Part shown: piece after piece, positions 9,906-21,482 of the stretch
Layout of the letters: each line of letters begins with the position of its first letter
How positions within the stretch are numbered: position 1 is the first letter of the stretch
The notes under the pieces: model-generated
Database searches by the model: none
Told to the model about the DNA's origin: nothing
Seen by the model: only the letters and a program-made list of their open reading frames with translations
NCBI GenBank assembly: GCA_000708835.1
Contig: DF237718.1
Coordinates: 1-35,028 of the forward strand
Length of the DNA stretch: 35,028 nucleotides
Origin: Klebsormidium nitens
Lineage: Eukaryota; Plantae; Klebsormidiophyceae
Direction of reading: 5' to 3'
Position numbers and translations under genes: made by a program

Positions 9906-12900
9906 GACCTCTTCTGCGTCCCCGGCTCCGGGATGTTGAACGTATCGTGGCCCGCCATCTGGACGATCTTCTTGGTGGGCGCCGGCTGCTCGCCACGTGG
10001 CAGGATAAGCAGGCGGAAGCCGAAGTCCATCACCTCGGGGGCGAAGATCCGGTAGTACAGGAACACCGTGTACCTGGGGAGAGGATATATAAGGGCTGTC
10101 AGCTTATGATACGCTCCGGCTGCTTATGGGCGTTTCCAGTGAGTAGTTTGAGCCCAGCTCGATCACCTCGGGGGCGAAGATCCGGTGGTAGAGGAACACC
10201 GTGTACCTGGGGGGGAGGATATACAAGGTTATGTTACGCCCTGGTTGCTTGTGGACGTTTCCATCCAGCAACTCAGTGCAGCTTCATACCTTTGGAAGCT
10301 CGAATAGGGGTGAAGACGGACACCGTGTACCTCAGTGAGGGGAACCCACAGACAGGCTGTCCGCTCATGACAGGTTGCGACGGCCTATGAGCGATTTGCA
10401 AACTGAGTTACACCGGTTCGTCGAAGTGACTGGCTGAAAAGAAGCAGTCAGGGAAACGTTCTGTACGTGCTATCAACTTGTTCTATGTTGCGGCGGCGTA
10501 TAGGGCCGATCAGAAAGTGCGCAAAAGCCAGCTCCATCAGCGCGGAGGCGAAGGCATTCGGTGTATTTGGCGAGAAGATGATCAGAAGTGACTGCTGGCT
10601 TATGGATCCGCCCGTATGACAGGCACGCAGTCCGCGAGGGCAAACGAAAGGACTCTTCTGAAACCTTACAAGCACTTTAATCTTACGCTCCGGCGACTTG
10701 TCAGCAGGTCCGAACGGCTTTGGCTGATGCGTCTTAAATGTAAGAGTGGGGCGTCTTCGAGCCCAGAAACATTCTTGAAAAGTCCAACAATTCAACAAAA
10801 TAGAGACACAGTTACTGCCGGCTGATGCCTACAAATTGACGACTTGTGTTGACGACTTGTGGAGGCCAAGACAAACCGCCGCGAAAAGCTCACCAGAAGG
10901 GCACCACGACGCCGCGCTCGCGCTTGAGGGCGGTACGGACCGCGATCTCGGCCAGGTCCTTGGTGGGCAGAACCGGCCAGGGGCCCACGTGCTCCTGCGG
11001 TTGGAGGATACGAGTTTGTTAAAATGTCATCACAACGCACGAATTTGCTTCATTTTAATGGAGTGCACAGAGAGGGTTCACTGCTTGAAAATAAGGTCTT
11101 TACTTTTGTTTTCAACGAATCTCTTACATTGCGGTGGAAAGGGCACAGGAATGATTCGTATGAGTACAGGTTCAGTCGTTCACACAGAACGTGGCACTCA
11201 TTTCTATCATTCGACTGGCTCTGAATGCCAGCGCGAAGCTCGTTCTGGTATAGTAGCACATCCTACAGACGTCCTGGCTAACAAAGCGACACAAGACTAG
11301 CAGAGACTTTTGGGGCCGAATTAGATCTGCCTGAGCACCTTCCGTTGATCTACGCTAAACCGTCCGCTTGACACCGGTTGTTCTCGTTGTGGCCGCTTAG
11401 CATGCAATTCCGGCTTAAACCCGCTGGGTGGAACAGACTAGTTACAGAACCAAGAATCGTACCAAGCAGAATACACTATCTGAAGCTTTTTGGCGGAGCG
11501 TGTCAATATAGCTTGCATTCAGCACATCCAGAGAACGTCAGCACAAGAACTCGTTTCCAACATATGCGGCTACATGCAGAATCCCGCCAGGCTCAAGATC
11601 TCATAGAGGGCCCCTGACGGCAAGGACGAATCGAAACGATGAAGGCAAAACTTTCAAAGATGACGAGGTGCTTGTTGGCTGTCACTTTTAACCTAAAGCG
11701 GGCGTGGAAAGGGGAACCAGCGGGAGAACGTGCAACGAACGAGATTCTCGTAAAAAGGCCGAATACACGGTGGCTAAGAAAGCTAAAAACCGGTGACGTT
11801 CGTTTTGCGAGCTCCCGCCAACGACTTTGGTATCGTCACAGCCACATCTTAATGATTACTCGTGCGTCCCTTGCTGACCGCAAAGGGAATCGGCGAGGCG
11901 GCTTTGGAAGTGGAGAAAGAGGTGCCCAGCAAAGAATATTGTTCAAGGCCATCAGATGTACCCCATAAGGTTCACTGTCTTCCGGTATTGATACCGAAGA
12001 GCACAAAGCCATGTTGTAGAGCAACACTTCAAACATCATCAGGACATCCTGACTGCAAGCAATTTTGGATTTTACGAAGAGATTGAAATCCCGGCAAGGC
12101 TTGCGAGGAGCTAATCAGAACGAAGTCAATGCTACTGGCTGGCTTGCTATAGAACAATAATCGTTCAGTGTTTGGGTCCCTGGCTTCAGTTGTCACACAA
12201 GCCACGTCTTGTGGACTTTAATAAAATCCACAATCTGTGGCGGCAATGTCATAGCCCCCGTTGCGCGTTCCGGCCAGTCATGTAACTCAGTCTTTGGAAA
12301 CATGGCTTTCAATGTCCAGCATCAATTAGGAAACCAACAGCAAATAATGAGAGCCATGTTTCCGTCTGTCAGCAAGGCAAGGTTACCGCACGCCAGACGG
12401 CGTTCCCACAGAATCAAACAACAAATCAATCACCGGGAACAGAGAGAGGTGCTACGAACTTTCCCGAGACCTTGCTTCCCGTCTGACAGCTCTTTCCACA
12501 ATTGGAGCTTGATCCACAAGCAGAGAGTAGACGTGGATGTGAAAGGAAACTGAAAAACAAGAAGCGAGAAGGAGAGGCTAATTAGATTGTACTTTAGCAT
12601 CGCAGATGCTCTGTTCTAGACAAATTGGTTTGTCTGTCGAAAGCGTATCCTTAGGGGAGGAAAATCCAAAAGACTAGGCTCGAACAAAGGAGAACTTGCG
12701 AATGCAACCCAAGGAGATCAGCGCCATCGGAGCAGTATACACGTCGCTTAGGTTCTGGTACCAGGCAATTTGGTCGTGCTCATCAGGACCTTCTTAATGA
12801 AACGAAGAGATACAATGCAAAGGCGGTCCAGGACCAAAAAAACCCGCGAAATTAAAATCGTGCGCCAGACGAAATGACAATCACGTCGCCGAGGCCCTCA

Positions 12901-15900
12901 GGCTGGTCCCAGGCAGACTGATCCTGCCCGTCCAGAACTTATCGCAAAGAGACCAACCGAGCGCGAAATTACAAACGCAAATGGACAAAGCCAGGTCTCA
13001 TCTTTTGATGACGTGAAGGCTTACGTCACGGAGGCATGGTCACATGCGCACTGTTCGTGCTCGTCCAGGCGCTTTCTTCTAAAACAAAGAGGCGCCGAAA
13101 TGAAACCATGCGAGCGCAAACTTGCAAACTCCAGAAAAGTAGATTCAGAGTAAATTGCGTTGATGACGTCGAGGCTTACGTCACGGAGGCCCTGGTCCCA
13201 CGCGTACTGGTCGTGCTCGTCCAGGAACTTGCCCTCCGTCATCTCGGACACCACCCAGCCCGGCAGGACGTTGGTCACCGTAACGCTGCTGCCCACCTCC
13301 GCGCGCAGCGTGTCGAAGAAGCCCAGCGCCGCGTGTTTCGCCGCCTGGAAAAATGGGTTGAGAAATGGGTTTGAGAGTGGTTAGAAGATTTACCCAGCTG
13401 GATTCGACGATGGTTCCGCTTCTAACCCGGCTTGATTCGACGATGGGTCAAGTCCTTGGATACGCTGCTGCCCACCTCCGCGCGGACCGTGTCGAAGAAC
13501 CCCAGCGCCACGTGTTTCGCCGCCTGGAAAAACGGGTTAATCAATNNNNNNNNNNNNNNNNNNNNNNNNNNNNNNNNNNNNNNNNNNNNNNNNNNNNNNN
13601 NNNNNNNNNNNNNNNNNNNNNNNNNNNNNNNNNNNNNNNNNNNNNNNNNNNNNNNNNNNNNNNNNNNNNNNNNNNNNNNNNNNNNNNNNNNNNNNNNNNN
13701 NNNNNNNNNNNNNNNNNNNNNNNNNNNNNNNNNNNNNNNNNNNNNNNNNNNNNNNNNNNNNNNNNNNNNNNNNNNNNNNNNNNNNNNNNNNNNNNNNNNN
13801 NNNNNNNNNNNNNNNNNNNNNNNNNNNNNNNNNNNNNNNNNNNNNNNNNNNNNNNNNNNNNNNNNNNNNNNNNNNNNNNNNNNNNNNNNNNNNNNNNNNN
13901 NNNNNNNNNNNNNNNNNNAAAACGGGTTAATCAATAATCTAGAAATGGGTTGAAAGCGGCTCTGTTCAACGATGGCTGAACCCCTGAATACGCTGCTGCC
14001 CACCTCCGCGCGCAGGGTGTCGAAGAACCCCAGGGCCGTGTGTTTCGCCGCCTGGACAACGAGGTCAAGGAATGCGTTATAGAGTGGTTAGGAGCGCTCC
14101 CCGGCTTGGTTCAGCGATGGCTCTGCAAAAAACGGTTAGAGATTGGGTTAGAGAGTGCTTAGGTGCGGTTCCCGGCTTGGTTCAGTAAGGGTTCAATCCC
14201 TTGAACACGCTGCTGCCCACCTCCGCGCGGACCGTGTCGAAGAACCCCAGCGCCACGTGTTTTGCCGCCTGCAAACATGGGTTTTAGCTTCGGTTAGCCG
14301 GTGGTTGAGAAGAGCCAACTCATATTTTGTCGTGCTCTGGTTTGAGACCTGGATGTCTCTTAGCGCTGCCCACATTGGCGCGAACCATGTCAAAGAAGCC
14401 CAGCGCAGCGTGCTTCGCTTTCTGGAAAACATGGTTTAAGTATGGCTCAGTGGATGGTTCGAAGTGCGTTTCTGCCACAGCGATGATTTGCCCCCTTTAT
14501 CATCAATTTGCCTGCCTCCGTGCGCAGCGTGTCAACGAAGCCCAGTGCTGCGTGCTTCGCCGCCTAGGAACAGATTTGAAGACTGGGCTTAAGGATGTGG
14601 CTAGGAGCGAATTTCTTGGCCGGTTCAGCAGCAAGTTGTCCCCTCTAAAGTGCTGCGCCCGGAGGATGGCAGCGTGTTGAAGTAACCCAGCGCCGTGTGC
14701 TTCGCCGCCTGTGGAACCATGAAGGACTGGTTATATGGATGATGGTTCGAAGCGGCTGCCTGACCCGTTTTAGCAGTGCTTCACCCCTTTCCAGTGTTGC
14801 CGCCTCCGCGCGCGCGAAGCGTTTCGAAGAACCCCAGCGCCGCGTGCTTCGCCGCCTGAAACATGGGTTTGAGGATGATTGAAACTTTGGGTCAAGGAGG
14901 GAGTGCAGCACAAACCTAAGGAACGTGTTCTCTATCTCGGCGCGAGCGTATTGAAGTAGCCAGCACCGCGTGCTTCGCCACCGGAAAAGTGGTTACAGAG
15001 AGGCTTAGCAGGCTGATTAGACTCCGAACAGTGGCCCGACGTGGTCTGCCTTGAAGTTTTCCATGTGCTGACACCTCAAGGCCCTGTACGGTGGTGGGGG
15101 CCCAAATTGGCCGAAGCTGCAATCTGGTCCGTTGAAGACAGTTTCGGATGCACGGAGCGTTCATTTCCGGAGCTTTGAAATCGCACGCCTACTGTAAAGA
15201 TCTACCAGCGAAGCCCCTCAGGAAGTTCCCTACTTTCAAACGAACACCGCACTCACGTTGTAGATGCCCATGCGCGGGTACGGGATGAAGCTGGCGACCG
15301 AGATGATGTTGAGCAGCTGGCCGCCGGTCGCCCTCAGGTACGGCAGCGCGTAGTACGTCGGGTACACGTGGCCCCAGAACGTGGTGTTAATAACCTCGCG
15401 CGCGGCGTCGAGGCTCCAGTTGGGCGCGTCCGCGACCAGGAAGCTGTGCGCGACCCCCGCGTTGTTCACCAAAATGTCGACTGCAAAGGGAGGGGAATTT
15501 TGGGTTGGTACTTTTGTTAACTTGATTGGGTCAAGGAGCGTGGTCACCAGTTCGAGCAAAGGTCCAGGCTCCACTCGGGCGCGTCCGCGACCAGGAGTCT
15601 GCGCGACCCCCGCATTGTGTGCCAGGATGTCAACTCCAATAACGGGGTTTGTGTACTGGTTAATGAGCCAAAAAAAGGGTTAAGCAAAGCGTCTGACGAA
15701 TAATCTCGCGCGCGGCGTCCTGGCTCCATTTGGGCGCGTCCGCCACCAGGAAGCTGTGCGCGTTGCGCGATCCCCGCGTTGTTCACTAGGATGTTCAAGG
15801 ATGTTGACTGCAAAAACGGGGTTTGTGAAGCGGTAGTGTGCCAGAAAACGGGTTAAGGAAAGGGCTAATTTAGGACGTTAATTCGATCTTTCGGGATCTT

Positions 15901-18900
15901 CCGGGCGCATTCGCGAGCGCGAAAGCTGCCCGCGGCCCCCGCGTTGTTCACCAGAATGTGGTCTGCAAAGGCGAGGTTCGCGGAGTGGTTAGCTGGCCAG
16001 AAAGCGGGTTAAGGATCATGTTCGGCTGAAGACTTTAACTAGAGCTTCCATGCTCCAGGCGGGCGCGTCCGCGAGCAGGAAGAGCTGTGCGCGATGTCCG
16101 CGCTGTTCTTTACTGGATTGCCATTCCAAAAGCGAGCCTGGCTTGAGGTACTGATTGGGTTGAAGTTGGATTCAGTGAAACCTGCTTCTTTGAAACCGCG
16201 CATTGCGCCTGGGCTTCAGCACGGAGCGTCGACGAGCAGGAAGCTTTGTACGGTCTCCAATATCTTTTACCAGAAAGTCGAGTGCGCGGAAAGCTGGGAC
16301 TGTCCGGGTTAGTCTCGAGTTTCAAGTCATGGTTTCACCTGAACGGAACGTCATGACTCATTTATTTGTGCGCTGAGTAACGGCAACGGTCAGCAGGGAA
16401 CTGCCATACTGATGGTTGATAAGAATGAGAGGCAGAAGCCGACAGCAATTCATATTAGCGGCTGTTAGTGGCGATTTGGTCGAGATAAAAGGCCTTAATG
16501 TTCATACGGTCGAGCAGAGCAGCAACGCAATCCGGACTGCTTGTTTGCAACAGTAAAAACAGACAATCACCGGAGCGACTCCCCGCGTCAAAGTCAAAAA
16601 AGAGACAGTAGATAGTTGTGTGCTGCTGTCGGGTATGCGCATATTCACCCCCTCCACGAGTAACTAGCTCAAATGAGCGCACAAAGTTCCACAAACCTCA
16701 AGGAGGGATCTTTCTGGGTCATTCCGGTTCCGGCTTAATGTAGCTCCACTCGTTGGCAAAACGCTCTGGCAGTGTCATCCACCAGAGACACCGCCTTCCT
16801 AGCCACGTTCGAGATCTGGCGTTCCGATAAGGTCAGCTTTCCTATCGGACGAACCCAACACTTCGGGGACGATTGCTCGAAATTTAACACGAACCAAAGT
16901 CTGGTTGAAAAAGCGCAACGAAGCAATGTCTGGCGACGGCAAACGCCGATGCCCCCAGAGGCGGCAGAGCTACAGTGTTTTCGACCCTACATATGCGGCT
17001 GATCAAAATCAAGCACTTGGATGGCTATTAGCCACGGACGGCTTGTCTTCCTTGCCATGGTCTCTAAGAACGCACGCAATGGCTTCATACTCTCTGAAAT
17101 CAGAATAGAATTGCCTCTCCACACACTCAACAGAAGGCAATCAGAGCGTATCTCCTGTGTTTCCGGGACTCGCACAATCTGAAAAGGAAAGGTGCTCAAC
17201 GCTTGAGACGTCTTTTTCCCCACGTGTCTACGTGGCGCCAGGAGGAGGCTCTATAATAAAGTCTGCTTAACTTTCACATCAGGCCAAACTTGGGCGACGT
17301 TTGGATTTTGACAGAGCAGAAACCAAACAAGAGAGTAAAGTCGTTTCGAGCTTGAGTTCAAAAAGCACATACGGCGGAAATGCTGCGAGAAGGCAGGCAG
17401 TTTTGGATACGGCATGGGCTTCTGAAGCGCAGAGTAAATGAACGGAAGGAACGTAAAGTTCCCCTCCTATGATTAGTATCCAAACCTTCCGCCCCACACT
17501 ATCGTTAACGTTGCAAAAGAATACGCACTTGCTCGGGCGTTTGCGAGCTCAGAAGTAACGATTAGTCAGCGCTGAAGGAGTCTCAGAGCCAGTGTCATGA
17601 GTTGAAACACTACGACTTCTTCTTGTAATCGGCTCGGAGGATGGTGGCCAAGATCGGATGGCAACAATCGCTGTCGCCAGACCCGCTGTCCTCACAGCCA
17701 CGTTCAGAGTTCAGCTTCTTGAGCTCGTTTACACTGCTTATCCAATCGCGCAAGCAATTGAAAGCTTCGCGCACGCTCCTTATAGTCGGATTCAGAAAGC
17801 AGAAGCAACCGCTGAGCGTCGCATGTCAGCAGGAAGTGCATGACACCATCAAAAAGGCTTGACCAGGCAAAAGCGAAAGACGGGTGGCTAGACAAGAAGG
17901 TTAGAAAGGTAGATTGTAAGGTCGTATAGGCGAAGCAACGTAGTGCTTTGTACCCTTTCGACTTTGTATTCCCGAACTTTTCGAAAGCTCAACGGTTCCT
18001 TCTAAAATTTGGTAGAAGAGAATCAGGGCTCCAGCAGCAATCGGCTCGTGGCAAACAGCCATGAGTGGTCGTCTTCGCCGCCGCCTCAATCTTTTGAAAG
18101 ATGGCGTTCAGTTTCGTTTCACGAGTTCAAAAAATGACTCGCTCAGGAGCAAACCATATTACAAGGATAGAGTCCCCAAGGCAGAGCCGATCGATACGCC
18201 AACACAGATTCAAACTCTATTCGACTCAGTGAGGGGCCAATTCCTGAGCCCGAAAACGCCCCGGTGCTTGAGTCCCGCTTTCACCTTCTGCAATTCTTGA
18301 GCGCTTCGTATGGAAAAATCCCATGCCGACCACAGCCATTCGTAGCAATCTCCTCATTATGCGAGCCATAACGCTTTGAAGCTCGGCCGTAAGTTGGATT
18401 TTTGACCCTCTCAGAGTTGCTTGTCGCTTGAATGCACGGTCAGACCCTGAAGAACCAGCCTATCTCATCACACTCATCGTGAGTTCCAGGGCACCAATAC
18501 CTCCTCTCTTGCATTAGCTTTCCGACAAACCGACTGAAGCGGTGCTAACGAGACCGGGTGCTTCCAAGTTTCCTACTAACCACCCAAGCTAACCCGCTCA
18601 CCTGTGCCGTATTTGTCCACCGCCCGGTCGATGATCTTCTTGCAGTCGGCCTCCTTCTGAACGTCAGCCTCCAGGATGGTGACGTCAGAGGCCCCCAGGA
18701 GGAAGCAGTTCTCGGTCACCTTATGCAGTCGCTCCATGCGCCGGGCCGCGAGCACCAGGTTCGCGCCACGCATCGCGAATTCATACGCGATGTGCTGTGG
18801 GAAGAGCGTATGGAGCCATGGTCAGATGGGAGATAAGGTAATTGCTACGCGCAGAAATTTCTACGAACATTTGATTCCGGAGATAATGAGGCAGAGGTTT

Positions 18901-19849
18901 AGCGCAGATACACAGTGTGGACAGCGTCTCAGAAGTCTGGTCATTCCAACGGTTCATCTTCTGTTCTGGCTTTCCCTTCGACCAAGAGATCCGCTCGTAA
19001 TGAGCTTATTTCGGAAAAGGATCCAAGTCAGCCTCAGAGCAACGACCGGCAGCGCGCTTTTGAGCAGATTCTGTCTTTTCTTACTCGATTGAAACGGGGA
19101 AATCGAAGGCGAAAGCATCCATGACGAAGGTCTGTAGCGTCTCAAATCCAGACAAATTGGAAGGTCCTCAAATGAAGTGCTTGAACTGAGTTTTTGCATG
19201 AGGGCAGGTCTGCTGTGCATGGGATTCGCAGATACACTGTGTCCCAAAGAAAGGGAGAAGAGCGAGAGTAGAGATGTAAGTGTTGATCAAGTTTCTCGGT
19301 TGTATCTATTTCAGAAACCAGAGAATATCAAAAGGTGCCTCCACCTAGTGGTATGCTTTGAGTTGGCAGAAGATCAAGTTTTCCTGGACTGAGTAGTAAG
19401 CAAGCCAAAAACAACATCACAGTAACCGTGGACCTTTCTTTTCCTTCTGCCGGACTACCTAATCAACGTTCCTTCTAAAACCTTTTCAGGAACGGCTTCG
19501 GAGCTTCTACATTCTGCGAAGGAGTCTGCCTTCCAAGCCAACACCTTCAAACACAAAAACATGCAGACAAGAAGCACCTCCTTAAATACTGGCTAAACGA
19601 AATTTGTCAGCAGACCAGGACACGTCACAGCAATCATTGCCTCACCTCTCCGATGCCGCTGGACGCCCCGTGGATGACCACCGCCTTCCCCCTGACGCTC
19701 CTCTCCCAGCTGACCATGCGCCAGAGGCGGCGCAGCACCGCGAGCGTGGGCGCGATCCACAGCAGACTGAGCACGCCGATGGGGTACAGGACCATAGCGT
19801 ATGTGCAGTTGAGCACCCATGTCCACACGTCCTGCAAAGAGTCCCACAT
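9881..19849 (-). CDS. HSD1: Steroleosin / 11-beta-hydroxysteroid dehydrogenase-like SDR, 6 exons, 359 aa (386 aa if the upstream ATG at 19930 is used)
   Basis: Exons 19849-19646, 18794-18602, 15480-15257, 13344-13180, 10994-10894 and 10073-9881; all introns GT-AG and phases consistent (1080 nt). N-terminal hydrophobic Pro-containing anchor, GASSGIG cofactor motif, LVNNAG, ISVAS, catalytic YN|AAK across the exon 3/4 junction, LPGWVVSEMTEGKF typical of plant HSD1. Confidence 0.93.
10140..10335 (-). repeat. Two decayed copies of the acceptor and 5' end of HSD exon 6 in intron 5
   Basis: Real exon start 10073. Pseudo-starts at 10206 (cag|GTACACGGTGTTCCTCTACCACCGGATCTTCGCCCCCGAGGTGATC) and 10330 (gag|GTACACGGTGTCC). 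Confidence 0.9.
12740..13085 (-). repeat. Three decayed copies of the 3' end and donor of HSD exon 4 in intron 4
   Basis: Real exon end 13180 (GAC|gtaagc). Pseudo-ends at 13025 (GAC|gtaagc), 12885 (GAC|gtgatt) and 12743 (GAC|gtgtat), each preceded by a degraded GACGAGCACGACCAG...GGACCAGGGCCTC-like stretch. Confidence 0.85.
13462..14990 (-). repeat. At least eight decayed copies of the acceptor and first ~62 nt of HSD exon 4 in intron 3
   Basis: Real start 13344. Pseudo-starts at 13523, 14051, 14268, 14421, 14563, 14708, 14855 and 14981. The nearest copy differs at 4 of 62 nt. AG is retained in 7 of 8 copies. Confidence 0.95.
13546..13918. other. Assembly gap (373 N) inside the exon-4 echo array
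   Basis: Run of N flanked on both sides by the identical 17-mer aaaacgggttaatcaat (13529-13545 and 13919-13935). Confidence 0.98.
15560..16290 (-). repeat. About five decayed copies of the acceptor and 5' part of HSD exon 3 in intron 2
   Basis: Real start 15480 (cag|TCGACATTTTGGTGAACAACGCGGGGGTCGCGCACAGCTTCCTGGTCGCGGACGCGCCC). Pseudo-starts at 15633, 15807, 15962, ~16110 and 16281. Confidence 0.9.
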
Positions 19850-20359
19850 GATTGCGCGCAGCAGGGTTCTCGCCTGCGACTCTTGCAGGGCGTTCCTGGC
19901 TTCCGCGACTGCCTGGAAAGGCGCTTGCATGAACGTTGCCCGGACAGTTTGATTGCCTGAGAAGTCCCTGTATAAAGAGCTTCTTGAGCTTATTCTTGCC
20001 GCCTCAAATCCCTTCTATAAGACTTCTAGTTCCTGATGCTAAGGTTGAAGCAGGTCTTCTTTGAGTGCATGACGGTTGCTTTACCTGCGTAGGGATGAGG
20101 AAGAGAAGCCAAGCGTGACGCGCGCCTTTCGTTCGTCAGCGACACCGACTCGCCTCAAAGCAAGCTGAGCATGCACGTTCGCCGTTCGTCAACGCCCAGT
20201 CGATCGTTGCAGCACAGTCTCAGGTTCGCAAAGAGTGAAAAAGAAAAGTCCTGCACACTAGGGCATGCACAGTGCTGAGATCGACAGATGTTGGCAACAC
20301 CTCGCAAACGAAAACGCTTCTCCTTTCTCAGTACCAAGGCAAGAGCCTATGCTGACAAG

Positions 20360-20668
20360 TCATTGTGGAGGGGAAGCTGCGAGGCTGCAACAGGGGCGAT
20401 CGGTCATGTCATAAGTTGCACCTGCACTGCAGCGGATCGACGCCGTGAAGTAAGGATGCGCGGCCGTCCAAATCTCCAAAGCCAGCCGCATCATGCCGTC
20501 AGTAACTAAACCGTCTCCAAGCAGCGTCAAATGGCGGCCACCCTCAACCAGCTCCACCAGGTTCCAGCACGCACGCCTGAATGCCTGTGGCCGCCAAGCG
20601 CGGCATACCGATACCAGGAACCATGTGCCGGAATCAAACGACCCAAAAAGATCAGCCCATCTCGTCAA
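20360..20668 (-). pseudogene. Possible F-box/LRR-like fragment
   Basis: VSVCRAWR resembles the end of an F-box motif and VTDGMMRLAL resembles an AMN1-type LRR turn. No ATG start or splice context was established. Confidence 0.2.
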
Positions 20669-21482
20669 ACTTCGTTTGTCTACCTAGGTTGTTGTGAGGA
20701 TCGTGTCGAAGCAACTTAGTCTGCATGTAATCTGAATCCAACAGGGATCGTATGGAACGATCCATTGCCGTCTTCAGTTTTGATCATATCAGGCTTGAAA
20801 GTTGATTAAGAAAAGACAGAGTGACGAAGCATCACGCATGGTACGCACAGGAAAAAGTGACTCGAGCTAGCTCCGAGTCGACTACAGAAGTACGTAGCTC
20901 AATGGGGGCATTCCAAGGATCGGTATATCAAATGGCTGATATATATGACTAGGAGTCCGATCCTCAAACTTCCTAAGTAACTTTAATACAAGACACGCCG
21001 GTCAACGCCTGCACTTCATGACACAGACTCACTCAACTCATGCTATACAGGCTTGCAAGCTAAGCTTATCGTGGGTGTCGGGAGTGGGCTCTGAATAGGA
21101 GCGCAGTTCACTCTCAACCACCAGCATAACAGATTTGTATGTGGGACAAGTAAACTACGTCAAAGAGACGAATCTTAGCCTTGTATACACTGGCTTTTGT
21201 TGGACACGTCATATTTTGCTGAGCTTCAAACTCTTATCACTTGCGTGTTTCCATCAGAGCAGGACAGCAACTTGCGCATCTGTCACTACAATCACAGAAA
21301 TTGCTATCAAACACTTGTACCAGCGTCGTCAGCTTTACTTTACCGTTATCCTGAAGCCCACGGCTCTGCTTGTGGCATATGACTCCGTACCCGATTAGAG
21401 CTTTCTGCCCAAGCGCTGGGAAGCTCGTAAATGCTAGCAGCATGCTGCATAAGATGATGCTGAACCAAGTACTTTACTCTCC

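Noticed and set aside
13365-14003. Long ORFs of 173-193 aa in the ORF track
   Set aside because: Their length is an artefact of reading through the N gap; they are echo copies or antisense frames.
13344-14990. CRISPR-like repeat/spacer array
   Set aside because: The repeated part is a copy of a eukaryotic exon border, the inter-repeat segments are themselves related, and there are no cas genes.
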